DNA from: an uncultured Planctomycetaceae bacterium | GTDB lineage: Bacteria; Planctomycetota; Planctomycetia; Planctomycetales; Planctomycetaceae | Direction: 5' to 3' | Length of the DNA: 64,000 nucleotides | Assembly: GCA_963815195.1 (NCBI GenBank) | Contig: CAWFGE010000023.1 | Span: 256,001-320,000 of the forward strand | Shown here: positions 32,653 to 42,844 of the stretch, one piece after another | Layout of the letters: every line of letters starts with the position of its first letter | Numbering within the stretch: the first letter of the stretch is position 1 | Translations under genes and position numbers: made by a program | The notes under the pieces: model-generated | Database searches by the model: none | What the model was told of the DNA's origin: nothing | The model's input: the letters and a program-made list of their open reading frames with translations, nothing else

Positions 32653-33615
32653 TTATGACATAAGATCGGCATAAAGGAAGCTGAGGATAAACGGGCCCAG
32701 GATGATGATGACGGTGGCCATCATCACCAGAATCGCGGGGAGCAGCATCTTGACGCCGGCTTCGCCCGCGATCGTTTCGGCCCGCTGCGTGCGTTTGATG
32801 CGGAGTACGTCGGCTTGCGTCCGAAACAGCACTGCCAGCGGCGTTCCTAGTTCTTCGCCTTGAATAATCGAACCCACGATGCTCGTGATCTCATCATCGC
32901 TCAGCCGCCGACGAAGCCCTTCAAGGGCCTCGGTCCGGCTTTTGCCCATGCCCATCTCCGCGAGCACCCGGCCGAACTCGACGCCCACGGGCTGATCGCG
33001 AAACTCGTTGGTGGCCTCCTTGAGCGATTGCAAAAACGTCGAGCCGGCTTCCATCAACAGCGTCAACAGATCCAACAGGAATGGCAACCGTTTTTTGATC
33101 AGGAACAACCGATGCGCCGCCTGGGCCGCGAGCCGGCGGCGGAGCCAATACACCGTCAGCCCGGTGAGCACGACCGCCAGGATGATCCCCGGCTCGCCGA
33201 ACCAGGACAAGCAGAGGGAAAAATACAGGGGCGACATCAACAGGGCGATCAACTCCAACCGGGCGAGGTATTCCGCGGGCGTCCACAGCCGGGAAAAGCC
33301 CGCCGCCTGCACTTGCCGGCCGACTTCGGGAAGGGAGTCGGCAAACACGCCGCGATTGAAAACGGCGAGAACCTGGATCAGCGGTTGGAACAACCGGTAG
33401 AGCAGGCTCAGCCGGCGGAGTTCGTTGATGCGGGTGACATCATACCGCCATTGGTCGGTTTGGGCGGCGTCTTCCGAAGTCAGCCCTGCCCCAATCAGCC
33501 GGACGAGAATCCACACCGCCCCGCCGACGGCCAGGCTTCCGAGGCCCGATAGAACCAACTCGCTCGCGGTGCTCGCCAGGATAAGGCTGTTGTGGTCTAG
33601 AAGATCAAGCTTCAT
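32653..33615 (-). CDS. tadC: Type II secretion system F-family protein (TadC-like)
   Basis: LPFLLDLLTLLMEAG, G.SRTEAL, GTPLA..RTQA, KMLLP. Confidence 0.85.
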   Translation of the reverse strand: MKLDLLDHNSLILASTASELVLSGLGSLAVGGAVWILVRLIGAGLTSEDAAQTDQWRYDVTRINELRRLSLLYRLFQPLIQVLAVFNRGVFADSLPEVGRQVQAAGFSRLWTPAEYLARLELIALLMSPLYFSLCLSWFGEPGIILAVVLTGLTVYWLRRRLAAQAAHRLFLIKKRLPFLLDLLTLLMEAGSTFLQSLKEATNEFRDQPVGVEFGRVLAEMGMGKSRTEALEGLRRRLSDDEITSIVGSIIQGEELGTPLAVLFRTQADVLRIKRTQRAETIAGEAGVKMLLPAILVMMATVIIILGPFILSFLYADLMS

Positions 33616-33739
33616 GGTCGTCAACAAATGGATGAAAGGCCCGCTTTCGGCGGGGCGCGTGTAAAACGCGGATACTTCAAGATAAACTGCAAGCCGGTGA
33701 ACTTCCAACCCCCAATTCGGAAAACAAGACTTCGGAATC

Positions 33740-34426
33740 ATGCTGATTTTGGGAATCGAAACTTCGGGATCGGAAGGCGGCGTCGCCCTCATGGACGATG
33801 GCCGGCTTCTGGCCGAACGCCTGTTGACCGCACCGGGACGCAAACACGCCCAAATGCTGACAGCGGAAACGGCTCTGCTTTTCCGGCACACGGGGCGAAC
33901 TCCGGCGGACTGCAGCGGAGTCGCCGTGAGCATCGGTCCAGGAAGTTTCACGGGACTCCGGATCGGCGTCGTGGCCGCGAAGACCTTCGCCTACGCGGTC
34001 GGCTGCCGGATCGCCGCGGTGGACACGCTCCAGGCGATTGCCGAGGAATGCCCGCGGGACGGGCCAAGGCTGTGGGTCATTTCCGACGCCCAGCGCGGGG
34101 ATCTCTATGTCGGAGAATTTCACCAACCGTCCGGCACGTGGAGGCGAGACTGCCCGATTGCGATTCAGCCTGCGCGATCATGGTGCAGTTCCCGCACAGT
34201 CGACGACGTGGTGACCGGTCCGGGAACGGCGCGTTGGCAAGACGAATTGGCAGGCCGCTGCCAGGTGCTGCCGGAGCATTTCGCCCCCCGGGCCGCCACG
34301 ATTTGCCGGCTCGGTCAAAGGCAAATCGAAGCGGGCGGCGATGCGGATGCGTGGGCGATCGAACCTTATTACATCCGCAAAAGCTCCGCCGAAGAACAAT
34401 GGGAACGCCGACACGGAACGAGGTGA
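33740..34426 (+). CDS. tsaB: tRNA threonylcarbamoyltransferase complex subunit TsaB
   Basis: ILGIETS, GPGSFTGLRIG, DAQRG, EPYYIR. Confidence 0.95.
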   Translation: MLILGIETSGSEGGVALMDDGRLLAERLLTAPGRKHAQMLTAETALLFRHTGRTPADCSGVAVSIGPGSFTGLRIGVVAAKTFAYAVGCRIAAVDTLQAIAEECPRDGPRLWVISDAQRGDLYVGEFHQPSGTWRRDCPIAIQPARSWCSSRTVDDVVTGPGTARWQDELAGRCQVLPEHFAPRAATICRLGQRQIEAGGDADAWAIEPYYIRKSSAEEQWERRHGTR

Positions 34427-34467
34427 TCGGCCCGGCGAGTGGTCCGTCATCAGAAAGCCGTTCCATG

Positions 34468-34500
34468 AAAAAAGCTCCCTGCCTCGAAAGACAGGGAGCC
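34468..34500 (-). terminator. Intrinsic terminator between the convergent tsaB and YTV genes
   Basis: AAAAAA-GCTCCCTG...CAGGGAGC hairpin with a T-tract on the minus strand. Confidence 0.65.
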
Positions 34501-34561
34501 TCGACGGTTCATCGCGCCGCATGAGCGCACGAGTGAGCCGCACAGGATTGCGCAGGTTCGA

Positions 34562-35890
34562 TTACTGGCAGCAGGTCGTCACGGGAACTTTGCAGGTGAT
34601 GGTTTTGGGAACCATCCGGCAAACTTGCACCTGGACTTCTTTTTCCACCGTATGGGGGACGCAAACTTTGTAGGTTTCCGTCTTTTCTTCCATCACGGTT
34701 TCATAGTGGCAGACTTCGTAGGTGCGTTCCTTTTCCACCGCAACCATTTCGCAGTATTCGACTGTCCTCTTTTGCTTCTGCGGAACCATCACGCAGTATT
34801 CGACCATCTTCTTTTGTTTCTGCGGGACCATCACGCAGTATTCGACCATCTTCTTTTTCGTGACGGGGACTTGCACGCAGTATTCGACGGTGCGGACTTT
34901 TTCTTCCTTTTCCCACGTGCAGACCTTCACCTTGCGAACCTGCATTTCCGGCTTGCAAACGGTCACTTCGTATTCGTAGGGCTGTTCTTCGCGAACACAC
35001 TTGCAAACTTTGACTTTCTCCACGTGCTCTTCTTGCTGGTAGGTCATCACCTGGTATTCGTACTCTTCGGGAACGCAGACCATTTTGTTGACCGTGCAAG
35101 GAACCTGCTTCTCGACGATGTTCGGCACCCAGGCTTTATAGGCGCAGGTCGTCGTGTAGGGAACCGGGCAGCCGGTGCAGGGATCGATGCGGCAGCAATT
35201 GACGGTGTGGGTGCGATCTTCCCAGTGGCCCTGGTCTTCGCACACGGTTGTCATCACCGTTTCCTGGACGCATTTTTGCACCATCCGCTGGCCCTTCTTG
35301 GTTTCGCAGACCGGAACGCAAACCATGTGCTTAACTTCTTGCTCTTCCCAAACCGGTTTCATCACGCACCGCGTTCCTTGGCGCTTTTCGGTGTGGGGCA
35401 CCATCACGCAATATTGTTCTTCTTTTTCAACCCACACCGGCTTGCAAACCGTGTAGTGCTCTTCTTTCGAGCGCATTTGGGTTTCGCAGACGGTGTACTC
35501 GACTTCCTTCTGCTGTTTCTGAGGAACGCAAACGGTGTATTCGACTTCCTTCTGCTGTTTCTGAGGAACACAGACGGTGTATTCGACTTCCTTGGTGCGT
35601 TTCTGGGGAACGCAGACGGTGTACTTTTCGGTCTTCATTTCCTTGACCGGAACCTGCCGGCAGACGTTGTATTTCCGCTCGCGGGTTTCTTCCGTGTATT
35701 CGGTGCAGCAGACCTTTCGGGTTTCGGTGACCCATTCCGGTACCATGACCGTTTGGGTGCATTCTTGATACGTCGTCGTGCAACACGTGGCCGGAGCGCA
35801 GCCTGTGGCACAATTGCCGCAATGATCCGCTCGAGCCCCGGACGCGATCAAGGCCAACGGGAATAGAAATAATAGGCAACGTTTGAACAT
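34562..35890 (-). CDS. Secreted Cys/Val-rich YTV-repeat protein (planctomycete envelope protein type)
   Basis: Signal peptide; 13-aa repeats EVEYTVCVPQKQQ and MVEYCVMVPQKQK. Confidence 0.88.
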   Translation of the reverse strand: MFKRCLLFLFPLALIASGARADHCGNCATGCAPATCCTTTYQECTQTVMVPEWVTETRKVCCTEYTEETRERKYNVCRQVPVKEMKTEKYTVCVPQKRTKEVEYTVCVPQKQQKEVEYTVCVPQKQQKEVEYTVCETQMRSKEEHYTVCKPVWVEKEEQYCVMVPHTEKRQGTRCVMKPVWEEQEVKHMVCVPVCETKKGQRMVQKCVQETVMTTVCEDQGHWEDRTHTVNCCRIDPCTGCPVPYTTTCAYKAWVPNIVEKQVPCTVNKMVCVPEEYEYQVMTYQQEEHVEKVKVCKCVREEQPYEYEVTVCKPEMQVRKVKVCTWEKEEKVRTVEYCVQVPVTKKKMVEYCVMVPQKQKKMVEYCVMVPQKQKRTVEYCEMVAVEKERTYEVCHYETVMEEKTETYKVCVPHTVEKEVQVQVCRMVPKTITCKVPVTTCCQ

Positions 35891-36443
35891 TGGAAAACTC
35901 TTCCTCTACTCAAGGTGATGATTCATGGAGCGGGAAACCTTCTGTTTCCGTCCCCCCCGAAAACGATAAACGCTTTCTTACCTGTGCGAACTTTCCCAGC
36001 ACTGTCAATGTGGTGTGATAACCGTGACCTCCTTTCCGTGGCGGCGAGGGAGTGAAAAAAGGACTGCCTGCACGCCCGTTTGAGGGGCTTTGCAAACATC
36101 AGTCCGTTCGATGAGAAACAATTCGGCGAATAGGCAAAATGGATGACCTGAATGAACAGGTCGAACTGAGGGCTTTGATCTGAATATAACGGGGCCTTTC
36201 GAGTGAACGCAATTACTTTCCAACGAAAATCGACAAATTCTTCTCAAGTTTTCCAAACCACCCAAACATCCAGTGTCCGCAATGCCTCCAGAATTAACAC
36301 GCGCAAAGAGATACGCGGAATCCTGACCGCCGGATGGGCGTTTTTAGGACGGCCAAAAATCGGCATGGTTGAGAGCAACCAAACGCACCGCACCCGGGAA
36401 AATCGCGGCGGAATCGCGGCCAAAAAAGCAATGGTGGCCGCTG

Positions 36444-36692
36444 TCAAAGCAAGCCGGAGAGCGCCAAAATCGTCGCCACGATCCCCAATAATCCGAGGAT
36501 CAAAAACCAAGACGGCTTTCCCGTCAGCGGATGAGCGGCGTCCTCAAGGAAATACCCGCAGCGCGGGCACATCTCCGCCTCTTCATAAACGGGATAACCG
36601 CACTCCGGGCATCTGACGGTGTTCGATTCCCAGTCGGCATCGAAATCGCCGGCCTCGTCGAACTCCGGATCCATCTCCCAATCGTCGGACAT
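36444..36692 (-). CDS. Small zinc-ribbon protein with C-terminal TM helix
   Basis: Acidic N-terminus, CPECG..CPRCG, hydrophobic tail. Confidence 0.75.
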   Translation of the reverse strand: MSDDWEMDPEFDEAGDFDADWESNTVRCPECGYPVYEEAEMCPRCGYFLEDAAHPLTGKPSWFLILGLLGIVATILALSGLL

Positions 36693-36738
36693 CGAGCAAA
36701 CCCCGTTTCACGCCTGTGCCATTGAGCGGCCCCCGGGT

Positions 36739-37908
36739 TCATTCTCCCAATCGCTTGTGGATGCGGTCAAGCAGAAACCGCACCCGTTCCTGGGAGGACA
36801 TCCGCGAGAGCGCGGGCGGATCGGATTGTCGAGAGGATTCCCCGCGGCCGGTTTTTTTGAAGCGAAAAGTCCCAGGCGAACCCGCGTAACTTTGGACGCT
36901 GGTTTGCAGCCTGAGATCTTCTTCCAGCGCACGCCGGGGAGGAATCTTCAACTTTTCCAGCACGGCATGATAAGCCCGCACCGCTTCGGGCGGCTCGATG
37001 ATGCCGTCGGCGATGTGCCTGAGGAATTCAATAAACGCCAACTGGCACTCGGCCTGGTTGATCTTCCTCCCGAACAGCGCGGCCCGGGCCCCGTGCTTTT
37101 GCGCCTCATGAAGCAACTGGAACGCATCGTGCGTCGTGCCCGCGGCTCCGCCCAAGACACCCACGATCAAATGCGGATCGTAGCGCACCAAGGCTTCCAT
37201 CGCCTGCGGTCCCTGGTAAGCGATTTTTAAAAAAATCGGCCGCCCGCGTTTGCCGACGCCCGCCAGCGTTCTGGCGATCACGTCGTTGATGAAATCCGGC
37301 CGCTGGTTTTCAGGAATCGCCTCGGGACGGTTCGGGTTAAAGACTTCCAGAAAATGCCGAAAGCCCTTGCGCTCGGCTTCCTCCCGAAAGGCGCTATAGG
37401 CGTCAAGCGTTTCGAGGTCCAACTCGCAATCGTTATTGAACGTGACGGAATAAAGCCCGAGATCGACGCCGAGCCCGCGTTCGTCGGGAGCACAATCCAG
37501 ATGCCCGCATTGGGCATGATCCAAAGCCAGCGTGCGAAACGGCCGCGCGGGAGCCTGGGGAATCCGGCTGCCTCGCATGGCGTGCACGTCGGTCGCATCG
37601 TTCGCGCGAACGGCCGGCGTGACGGGGGAATCGTCGAACAACCGCTCTTCCAGCGTCAAGACTTCGCTGGTGCTCGCGGACATGAGCACAATATCGACGA
37701 TTCCTTGCCGGACCACATCGCGGATTTGCTGCCGATACTCCGCCAGCGTTTTGAACCGCACCTCCCCATCGTGCCGTTCCAGCGACTGCCCGGGCGCGCC
37801 GATCCCGAACGCCATGTCGGCATCTTTGGCGTCCGCAATGATAAACTCCCGCGATCCGGACGGATCCCGATGAATCTCACGCAGTTTCTGATCCAGCGAC
37901 TTTTCCAT
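36739..37908 (-). CDS. Uncharacterised protein, probable aldolase-like TIM barrel, at the end of the BMC locus
   Basis: FIIADAKDADMAFG, HFLEVFNPN, FLKIAY, VGVLGG, ALFGRKI; 17 bp after the dehydrogenase gene. Confidence 0.75.
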   Translation of the reverse strand: MEKSLDQKLREIHRDPSGSREFIIADAKDADMAFGIGAPGQSLERHDGEVRFKTLAEYRQQIRDVVRQGIVDIVLMSASTSEVLTLEERLFDDSPVTPAVRANDATDVHAMRGSRIPQAPARPFRTLALDHAQCGHLDCAPDERGLGVDLGLYSVTFNNDCELDLETLDAYSAFREEAERKGFRHFLEVFNPNRPEAIPENQRPDFINDVIARTLAGVGKRGRPIFLKIAYQGPQAMEALVRYDPHLIVGVLGGAAGTTHDAFQLLHEAQKHGARAALFGRKINQAECQLAFIEFLRHIADGIIEPPEAVRAYHAVLEKLKIPPRRALEEDLRLQTSVQSYAGSPGTFRFKKTGRGESSRQSDPPALSRMSSQERVRFLLDRIHKRLGE

Positions 37909-37925
37909 ATCCGCCCACCGCCCTA

Positions 37926-38849
37926 CTACGCCAACACTTTGCCGATCGTTTCCCTGAGCACATTCGCCGAGTTGACGATCCCCATTCGCTCCTTCGGCCA
38001 GAGTTCGATTTCGTGCTGCACTAAGACGCCGCCGCGACCGACGACCGTCGGCACCGACAGACAAACATCACGGATGCCGTAAGCTCCCGTTTGCAGCGAC
38101 GACACAGGCAGAATTCGCCGCTGATCGAGCGCGATGCTATGCACGACATGCGCGATCGCCACGCCGACGGCAAAGCCGGCTCCGCCTTTTTTCTTGATGA
38201 CCTCGGCTCCGCTGCCGCGGGTTCGCTTTTCCACGTCGGCGATGACGGACGGATTGACGCCCGGAAAACGCTCCAAGGGCAAACCCGCGATCTGGGCCGC
38301 CGACCATATCGCCACCATACTGTCGCCGTGCTCGCCGAGCATCATCGCGGAAACCTGCGTGGGCGGCACCCGAAGCTGCCGGGCCAACATGCCCTGGAGC
38401 CGGGTCGTGTCGAGCATCGTTCCCAGGCCGATGACTTTTTCCGCGGGCAAAGGCAACTCGCGGACGGCGAGATACGTCAAAACATCGACCGGATTGGACA
38501 CCACAAACACGATCGCATCCTGCTTGGTCCCGTGCTCCTTGACTTGAGCGAGGATTTTCCGAAACAGATCCACGTTGCGGTTAATTAAGTCGAGCCGGCT
38601 TTCATCGGGTTTCCTGCGAAGCCCGGCGGTGATGATAATCACATCGCTCGCAGCAATCGCAGCCGCGTCGGTGCCGATAGTTTGATCGGCTACCAGCGAA
38701 CTCCCGTGGATCAAGTCGAGGGCCTGGCCTTCGGCGAGTTCCTGGTTGACATCCACCAAAGAAATCTCGCGGACGATCCCGCCGGCCTGGAGTGCAAACC
38801 CCGCACAAGACCCCACCAACCCGCCGCCGCCGATAATGCTGACTTTCAT
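37926..38849 (-). CDS. Lactate/malate dehydrogenase-family protein (BMC locus)
   Basis: IIGGGGLVG, TAGLRRKPDESRLDL, VSNPVD, LDTTR, GEHGDS. Confidence 0.93.
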   Translation of the reverse strand: MKVSIIGGGGLVGSCAGFALQAGGIVREISLVDVNQELAEGQALDLIHGSSLVADQTIGTDAAAIAASDVIIITAGLRRKPDESRLDLINRNVDLFRKILAQVKEHGTKQDAIVFVVSNPVDVLTYLAVRELPLPAEKVIGLGTMLDTTRLQGMLARQLRVPPTQVSAMMLGEHGDSMVAIWSAAQIAGLPLERFPGVNPSVIADVEKRTRGSGAEVIKKKGGAGFAVGVAIAHVVHSIALDQRRILPVSSLQTGAYGIRDVCLSVPTVVGRGGVLVQHEIELWPKERMGIVNSANVLRETIGKVLA

Positions 38850-38892
38850 AATCTTCTATCACTCGCTAGGAATGCCAAAAGGTATCTATAAC

Positions 38893-39087
38893 TCTTCCTT
38901 GACGAACCGATTTCTGAATAGCTAGTCCAGGAAAGAAAAAATCAGCCGCCGGCGCAAGCCCCGGTTTCTTCCTTGACAAATTGATTTCCGACTCATTAGT
39001 GCATTCAAAATCTCAGGAAAACATTAGCCGCCGGGCGCTAGCCAAGGTTCTCGCCGAACGAACCGGACGCGAGCGCGTTCCGGCTGA
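38893..39087. repeat. Imperfect direct duplication containing family C palindromes
   Basis: TCTTCCTTGAC.A..GATTTC.GA...AGCCGCCGG(G)CGC.AGCC..GGTT twice (38893, 38967), followed by an inverted arm. Confidence 0.65.
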
Positions 39088-39113
39088 TCCAACCTTTCAA
39101 TATTAACAATGCA

Positions 39114-39992
39114 CTAGGAGGCATTGAGGGCTTTCATCACCTGGTCGGTGATGGCGTGTACTAGATCGTCGGTCGAAGCGTCCGTTTGAGTTTTCGCCGC
39201 GGTTTGCAAATAGCCCGGATATTTCGGGGCCGGATTAAACGCCCGCTGCGACGGCTGGCGTTCTTTATAGCCGTCGCGGAACGCACTATTGCCGCACAAA
39301 TCGCAGTCTTCGACGTGAAACCGCGGATCATCAAAACCGAGCTTTTGCTTGAGCTTGAGCAGGTCGGCGGATTCTTCGTGCTCCAGATATTGAATCGGCC
39401 CAAGCTGTTTGGCCAACAACAAGATTCGGCAATAGGCATCCAAGATTTCCGTTTTCCAGTAGGCTTCTTCGAGCGTCTTCCCAAAGGTCACTGTGCCGTG
39501 ATTGGTCAGGATCAATGTGTTCGTCGCTTTCAAGAACGGCAAGACGGTGTCCGCGAAGCGTTGATCCCCCGGCGTCGCATACGGAGCCAGCGGAACCTCG
39601 CCCATAAACACCTCGACCTCCGGCAGGACGCACTGCGGAATCGGTTCGCGGGCCACCGCAAAGGCTGTCGCATGGGGCGGATGACAATGCACCACCGCTT
39701 TCACGTCCGGACGATGCTTCATAATCGTCAGGTGCAATAGGATCTCGCTCGTCCGCTTCCGCGTGCCTGCGATCTGATTCCCGTCCAGATCCACAGCACA
39801 GATATCCTCCGGGGTCATAAACCCTTTGCAAATCATCGTCGGAGAACACAGCACCTCGTTCTCGCCGACGCGGATCGAAATGTTCCCGTCATTGGCCGCT
39901 GCGAAGCCTTTGTTATAGACCCGCCGGCCGATTTCACAGATCTGCTCTTTCAGGTTGCGGTCGTGAATGCCGCTGTTCCATTGATGGCTCAT
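39114..39992 (-). CDS. Class II aldolase (fuculose/rhamnulose-phosphate type), BMC signature enzyme
   Basis: ANDGNIS, TSEILLH, VVHCHPPHAT, NHG; C-terminal encapsulation-peptide-like helix TDDLVHAITDQVMKAL. Confidence 0.92.
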   Translation of the reverse strand: MSHQWNSGIHDRNLKEQICEIGRRVYNKGFAAANDGNISIRVGENEVLCSPTMICKGFMTPEDICAVDLDGNQIAGTRKRTSEILLHLTIMKHRPDVKAVVHCHPPHATAFAVAREPIPQCVLPEVEVFMGEVPLAPYATPGDQRFADTVLPFLKATNTLILTNHGTVTFGKTLEEAYWKTEILDAYCRILLLAKQLGPIQYLEHEESADLLKLKQKLGFDDPRFHVEDCDLCGNSAFRDGYKERQPSQRAFNPAPKYPGYLQTAAKTQTDASTDDLVHAITDQVMKALNAS

Positions 39993-40056
39993 AACGTTCC
40001 TCGTTTCAACGTAATACAATGATGGATCTAGGTTTCAATACAAAACAGTCATGGAT

Positions 40057-40341
40057 CTAGTTGTCGAGTTCGATGCGATCGAGGATCGCGGCGTTATAGG
40101 CGTCGATAGGTTTTGTCTCGGGATAAAACGGAGCCGCGGCTTCCGCGCCGTCGCTGATCGCGATTTGAACACCCTCTCTAGCCCCCAGTTCGTCGTAAAC
40201 AACAAACGGCTCGCCACGATGCGACAAACCTCCTCCATCGCTGCCCGGCGACAAGGGCACTGTCAGCACCCACTTCGCCCCCGAAAGCAAAGGATGTTTG
40301 CTGGAGAGCGTGACTTTCCCGATAACTTCGCCGATTTTCAT
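40057..40341 (-). CDS. BMC pentamer shell protein (EutN/CcmL family)
   Basis: MKIGEVIGKV, YDELGA, PIDAYNAAILD. Confidence 0.9.
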   Translation of the reverse strand: MKIGEVIGKVTLSSKHPLLSGAKWVLTVPLSPGSDGGGLSHRGEPFVVYDELGAREGVQIAISDGAEAAAPFYPETKPIDAYNAAILDRIELDN

Positions 40342-40350
40342 TGCCCCGGT

Positions 40351-41078
40351 TTAACTCCAATCAGGTTCTGAAATCTGTCCCGCCGTTTTGGCACTTGCTC
40401 GCAGGATTTCCCGGAGCCCAATAAATGTGGCATCCTCAAGATCGACGCACAGCACGTTTGCCCCGATTTCCTCACGGGCCTTATATATGTCATGCTTGTG
40501 CTTCACAACAGCCGACCGGCATTGGGGATTTCGATTCACCAAACAATTCACCCGCTGGCTCAGGCGGGCAAAAACAATCACCTGCACCGCCTCGCCCCGG
40601 CAGATCATGCTCCGAGCCCGTGCGACCACCGATGCCACGCCGCTTTCCATTTCAATCGACCACAGCGACGCAAAATTCCGCCGCACATCCCGTAAGAGCG
40701 ACTGCACAACTTCCGGAAAATGTGCCGCAATGATCTTGCCGGGAGCCAAAACTCCCTGCGTAAGGTGACCATCCTGCTTGCTGTTACGAATGACGGATAT
40801 GTTGTGAGAGCGAATATAGTCCCTGGCCGCGGGCGTTAAGATCGCGTTTATAGCGACCTTGATATTAGAGCATCGCGGGCCGATCTGTTTAACGGCTTCT
40901 TCTGTGACCACGGCATCATAAAGTTCGATAGAATCGCCATTGAGGCTTCCGTTTTGAGATGCTGCGCCGAAGCTTTCGCCGGGCGTTGATCTCGCGCGGA
41001 CGTTACCCGTTGCCGAAGTTTTCCCAACACCTCGGCGACGATTTGATCGATCAACTCCGAATCGACGTTCCCGGTCAA
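40351..41078 (-). CDS. BMC-associated hypothetical protein (RpiB-like C-terminus); apparent frameshift near 40960
   Basis: N-terminal DSELIDQIVAEVLGKL helix; AILTPAARD; NRNPQCRSAVV...GANVLC; two overlapping ORFs join across one shift. Confidence 0.7.
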
Positions 41079-41081
41079 CGT

Positions 41082-41342
41082 TTAATCCGATCTATCCATA
41101 ATTCCAATAATCGCCCAGCGAACGGGCGTGTCGTTCGTCCCAATCATGTCCCGCACGGAAGACCCGTCGCTTGTGATCATCACCACGTCGCCTTTTCCGC
41201 CGCCGAGGGCATCGATGGCAATCAAGGGCTCTCCGTCGGCTCCGTCGGTACCTAGCGGCTGCACGACGAGCATCCGCCACCCGGCGAGCGAGGGGTGTTT
41301 AATCGTCGACGTCGTGCGGCCGATGATTTTCGCGAGTTGCAT
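41082..41342 (-). CDS. BMC pentamer shell protein (EutN/CcmL family)
   Basis: MQLAKIIG..TIKH, AIDALGGG.GD, IIGIMD. Confidence 0.92.
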   Translation of the reverse strand: MQLAKIIGRTTSTIKHPSLAGWRMLVVQPLGTDGADGEPLIAIDALGGGKGDVVMITSDGSSVRDMIGTNDTPVRWAIIGIMDRSD

Positions 41343-41368
41343 ATCGTGCCTGGACTATAAGTTGGCGA

Positions 41369-42808
41369 CTAGATGATTCTCAGGTCATCGATCAACGCGC
41401 ACCGGCGCTGCCGAGTGAACGTCAAGGGATTCGTCACGCCTTCTCCGGTGGGCGTGGCGATGCTGAAGGATAGATAGCCTTCGCCTCCCAATCCCAAGCC
41501 CGCCATACAGGGGCCGTTCTTGATAAACAGTGTCGTATCCATCAGCCGGCCCATGATGGTCATGTTTCTCACATTCGTGGTATGGATGATGCTTGTATGC
41601 CCGAAACCGTGCTCATAATCCTTCGCGAACCGAATGGCCTCTTCAAAATCGCGGGCGCGGACGAAGGGGATAAAGGGCATCATTTGCTCTTCGGGAACAA
41701 AGGGGTTGTCCGTATCGGTTTCGCCGAAGAGGATTTGCGTTTGCGCGGGAACGCTTAGGCCGATGGCTTTTGCCAAGACGTGCGGGTCCGCCCCGATCAA
41801 GTCGCGGTTCAAGACATGTTTCGGGCCGCGCTCGGTGTTTTGCAGTTCGAAGGCAATGTTCGTGAGAGCCTGGACCTGCTGCGGATTGAGCCGATAGCCA
41901 CCGCTTCGAGAGACGGCCTCTAGGAGCGGATCGAAGATCGAATCGACCGCAAAGACTTCCTTCTCGCCGATACAGAGCAGGTTGTTATCATAGGCCGCCC
42001 CTTGCACGATCGAACGGGCGGCATTGTTGAGTTCGGCGGTTTCATCGACGACGACCGGCGGATTGCCGGGGCCGGCGACAATCGCCCGCTTGCGGCTAGC
42101 GAGCGCGGCCCGCGCAACACCCGGGCCTCCCGTGACACACAACAGCCGCACGCCCCGGTGGTTGAAAATCGCTTCCGCGGATTCGATTGTCGGCTCTTCG
42201 ATGATCGTGATGATGTCCTCGAGCCCGGTGGCGTGATAGATGGCTTGATTGAACCGCCTCACGCCTTCCACAGCGATCCGGCGGCCGCTCGGATGCGGGT
42301 TGACCACCATGGCATTGCCCGCGGAGACCATATTCACAACATTCCCGGCCAGCGTGGGCAGCGAATGCGTCACGGGTGTAATTGCACCGATCACGCCGAA
42401 GGGGGCATATTCGGTCACCGTCAACCCGTGGTCGCCGCTGACGCAGTCGCTCTTGAGCCATTCAATCCCGGGCACCCGGCGGATCGCGTGCAGCTTTTCG
42501 ATCTTATGATCGAGCCGGCCGATTTTGGTCTCCTCGAGTTCCATCCGCCCGAGTTCTTCCGCCTGATCCGAACAGATGTCGCGGACGATTTGAATGATCT
42601 TCGCACGATCGTCCAGAGAGACCTGCTGTAGCTGCTCAAAGCCGGCTTGGGCCGCCGCCACAGCGCGGTCCACGTCGGTATAGACGCCCCAAGTTCTTAC
42701 GGAGGCCTTTGGAGCATGGCCGTTGCTTGATGACAGCGGCGTGCGGCCGAGTTGGGCTAAGACTTCCTCAACAACCTGGCGGATGGCTTGTTCTGTGGGT
42801 TGGTTCAT
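41369..42808 (-). CDS. CoA-acylating aldehyde dehydrogenase (PduP/EutE-like)
   Basis: [33 protein letters not shown]-terminal encapsulation-peptide-like helix. Confidence 0.94.
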   Translation of the reverse strand: MNQPTEQAIRQVVEEVLAQLGRTPLSSSNGHAPKASVRTWGVYTDVDRAVAAAQAGFEQLQQVSLDDRAKIIQIVRDICSDQAEELGRMELEETKIGRLDHKIEKLHAIRRVPGIEWLKSDCVSGDHGLTVTEYAPFGVIGAITPVTHSLPTLAGNVVNMVSAGNAMVVNPHPSGRRIAVEGVRRFNQAIYHATGLEDIITIIEEPTIESAEAIFNHRGVRLLCVTGGPGVARAALASRKRAIVAGPGNPPVVVDETAELNNAARSIVQGAAYDNNLLCIGEKEVFAVDSIFDPLLEAVSRSGGYRLNPQQVQALTNIAFELQNTERGPKHVLNRDLIGADPHVLAKAIGLSVPAQTQILFGETDTDNPFVPEEQMMPFIPFVRARDFEEAIRFAKDYEHGFGHTSIIHTTNVRNMTIMGRLMDTTLFIKNGPCMAGLGLGGEGYLSFSIATPTGEGVTNPLTFTRQRRCALIDDLRII

Positions 42809-42844
42809 ATCGTTATACTTTTTAATAGTGAAATACTAATTGCA

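Noticed and set aside
31445..33615. A complete Tad pilus or secretion locus
   Set aside because: Only a TadC-like gene and an FHA gene are present; no ATPase, pilin or secretin lies in the window.
34750..35625. 39-bp tandem repeats as a CRISPR array
   Set aside because: The repeats are contiguous, in frame within the YTV protein, have no unique spacers, and no cas genes are present.
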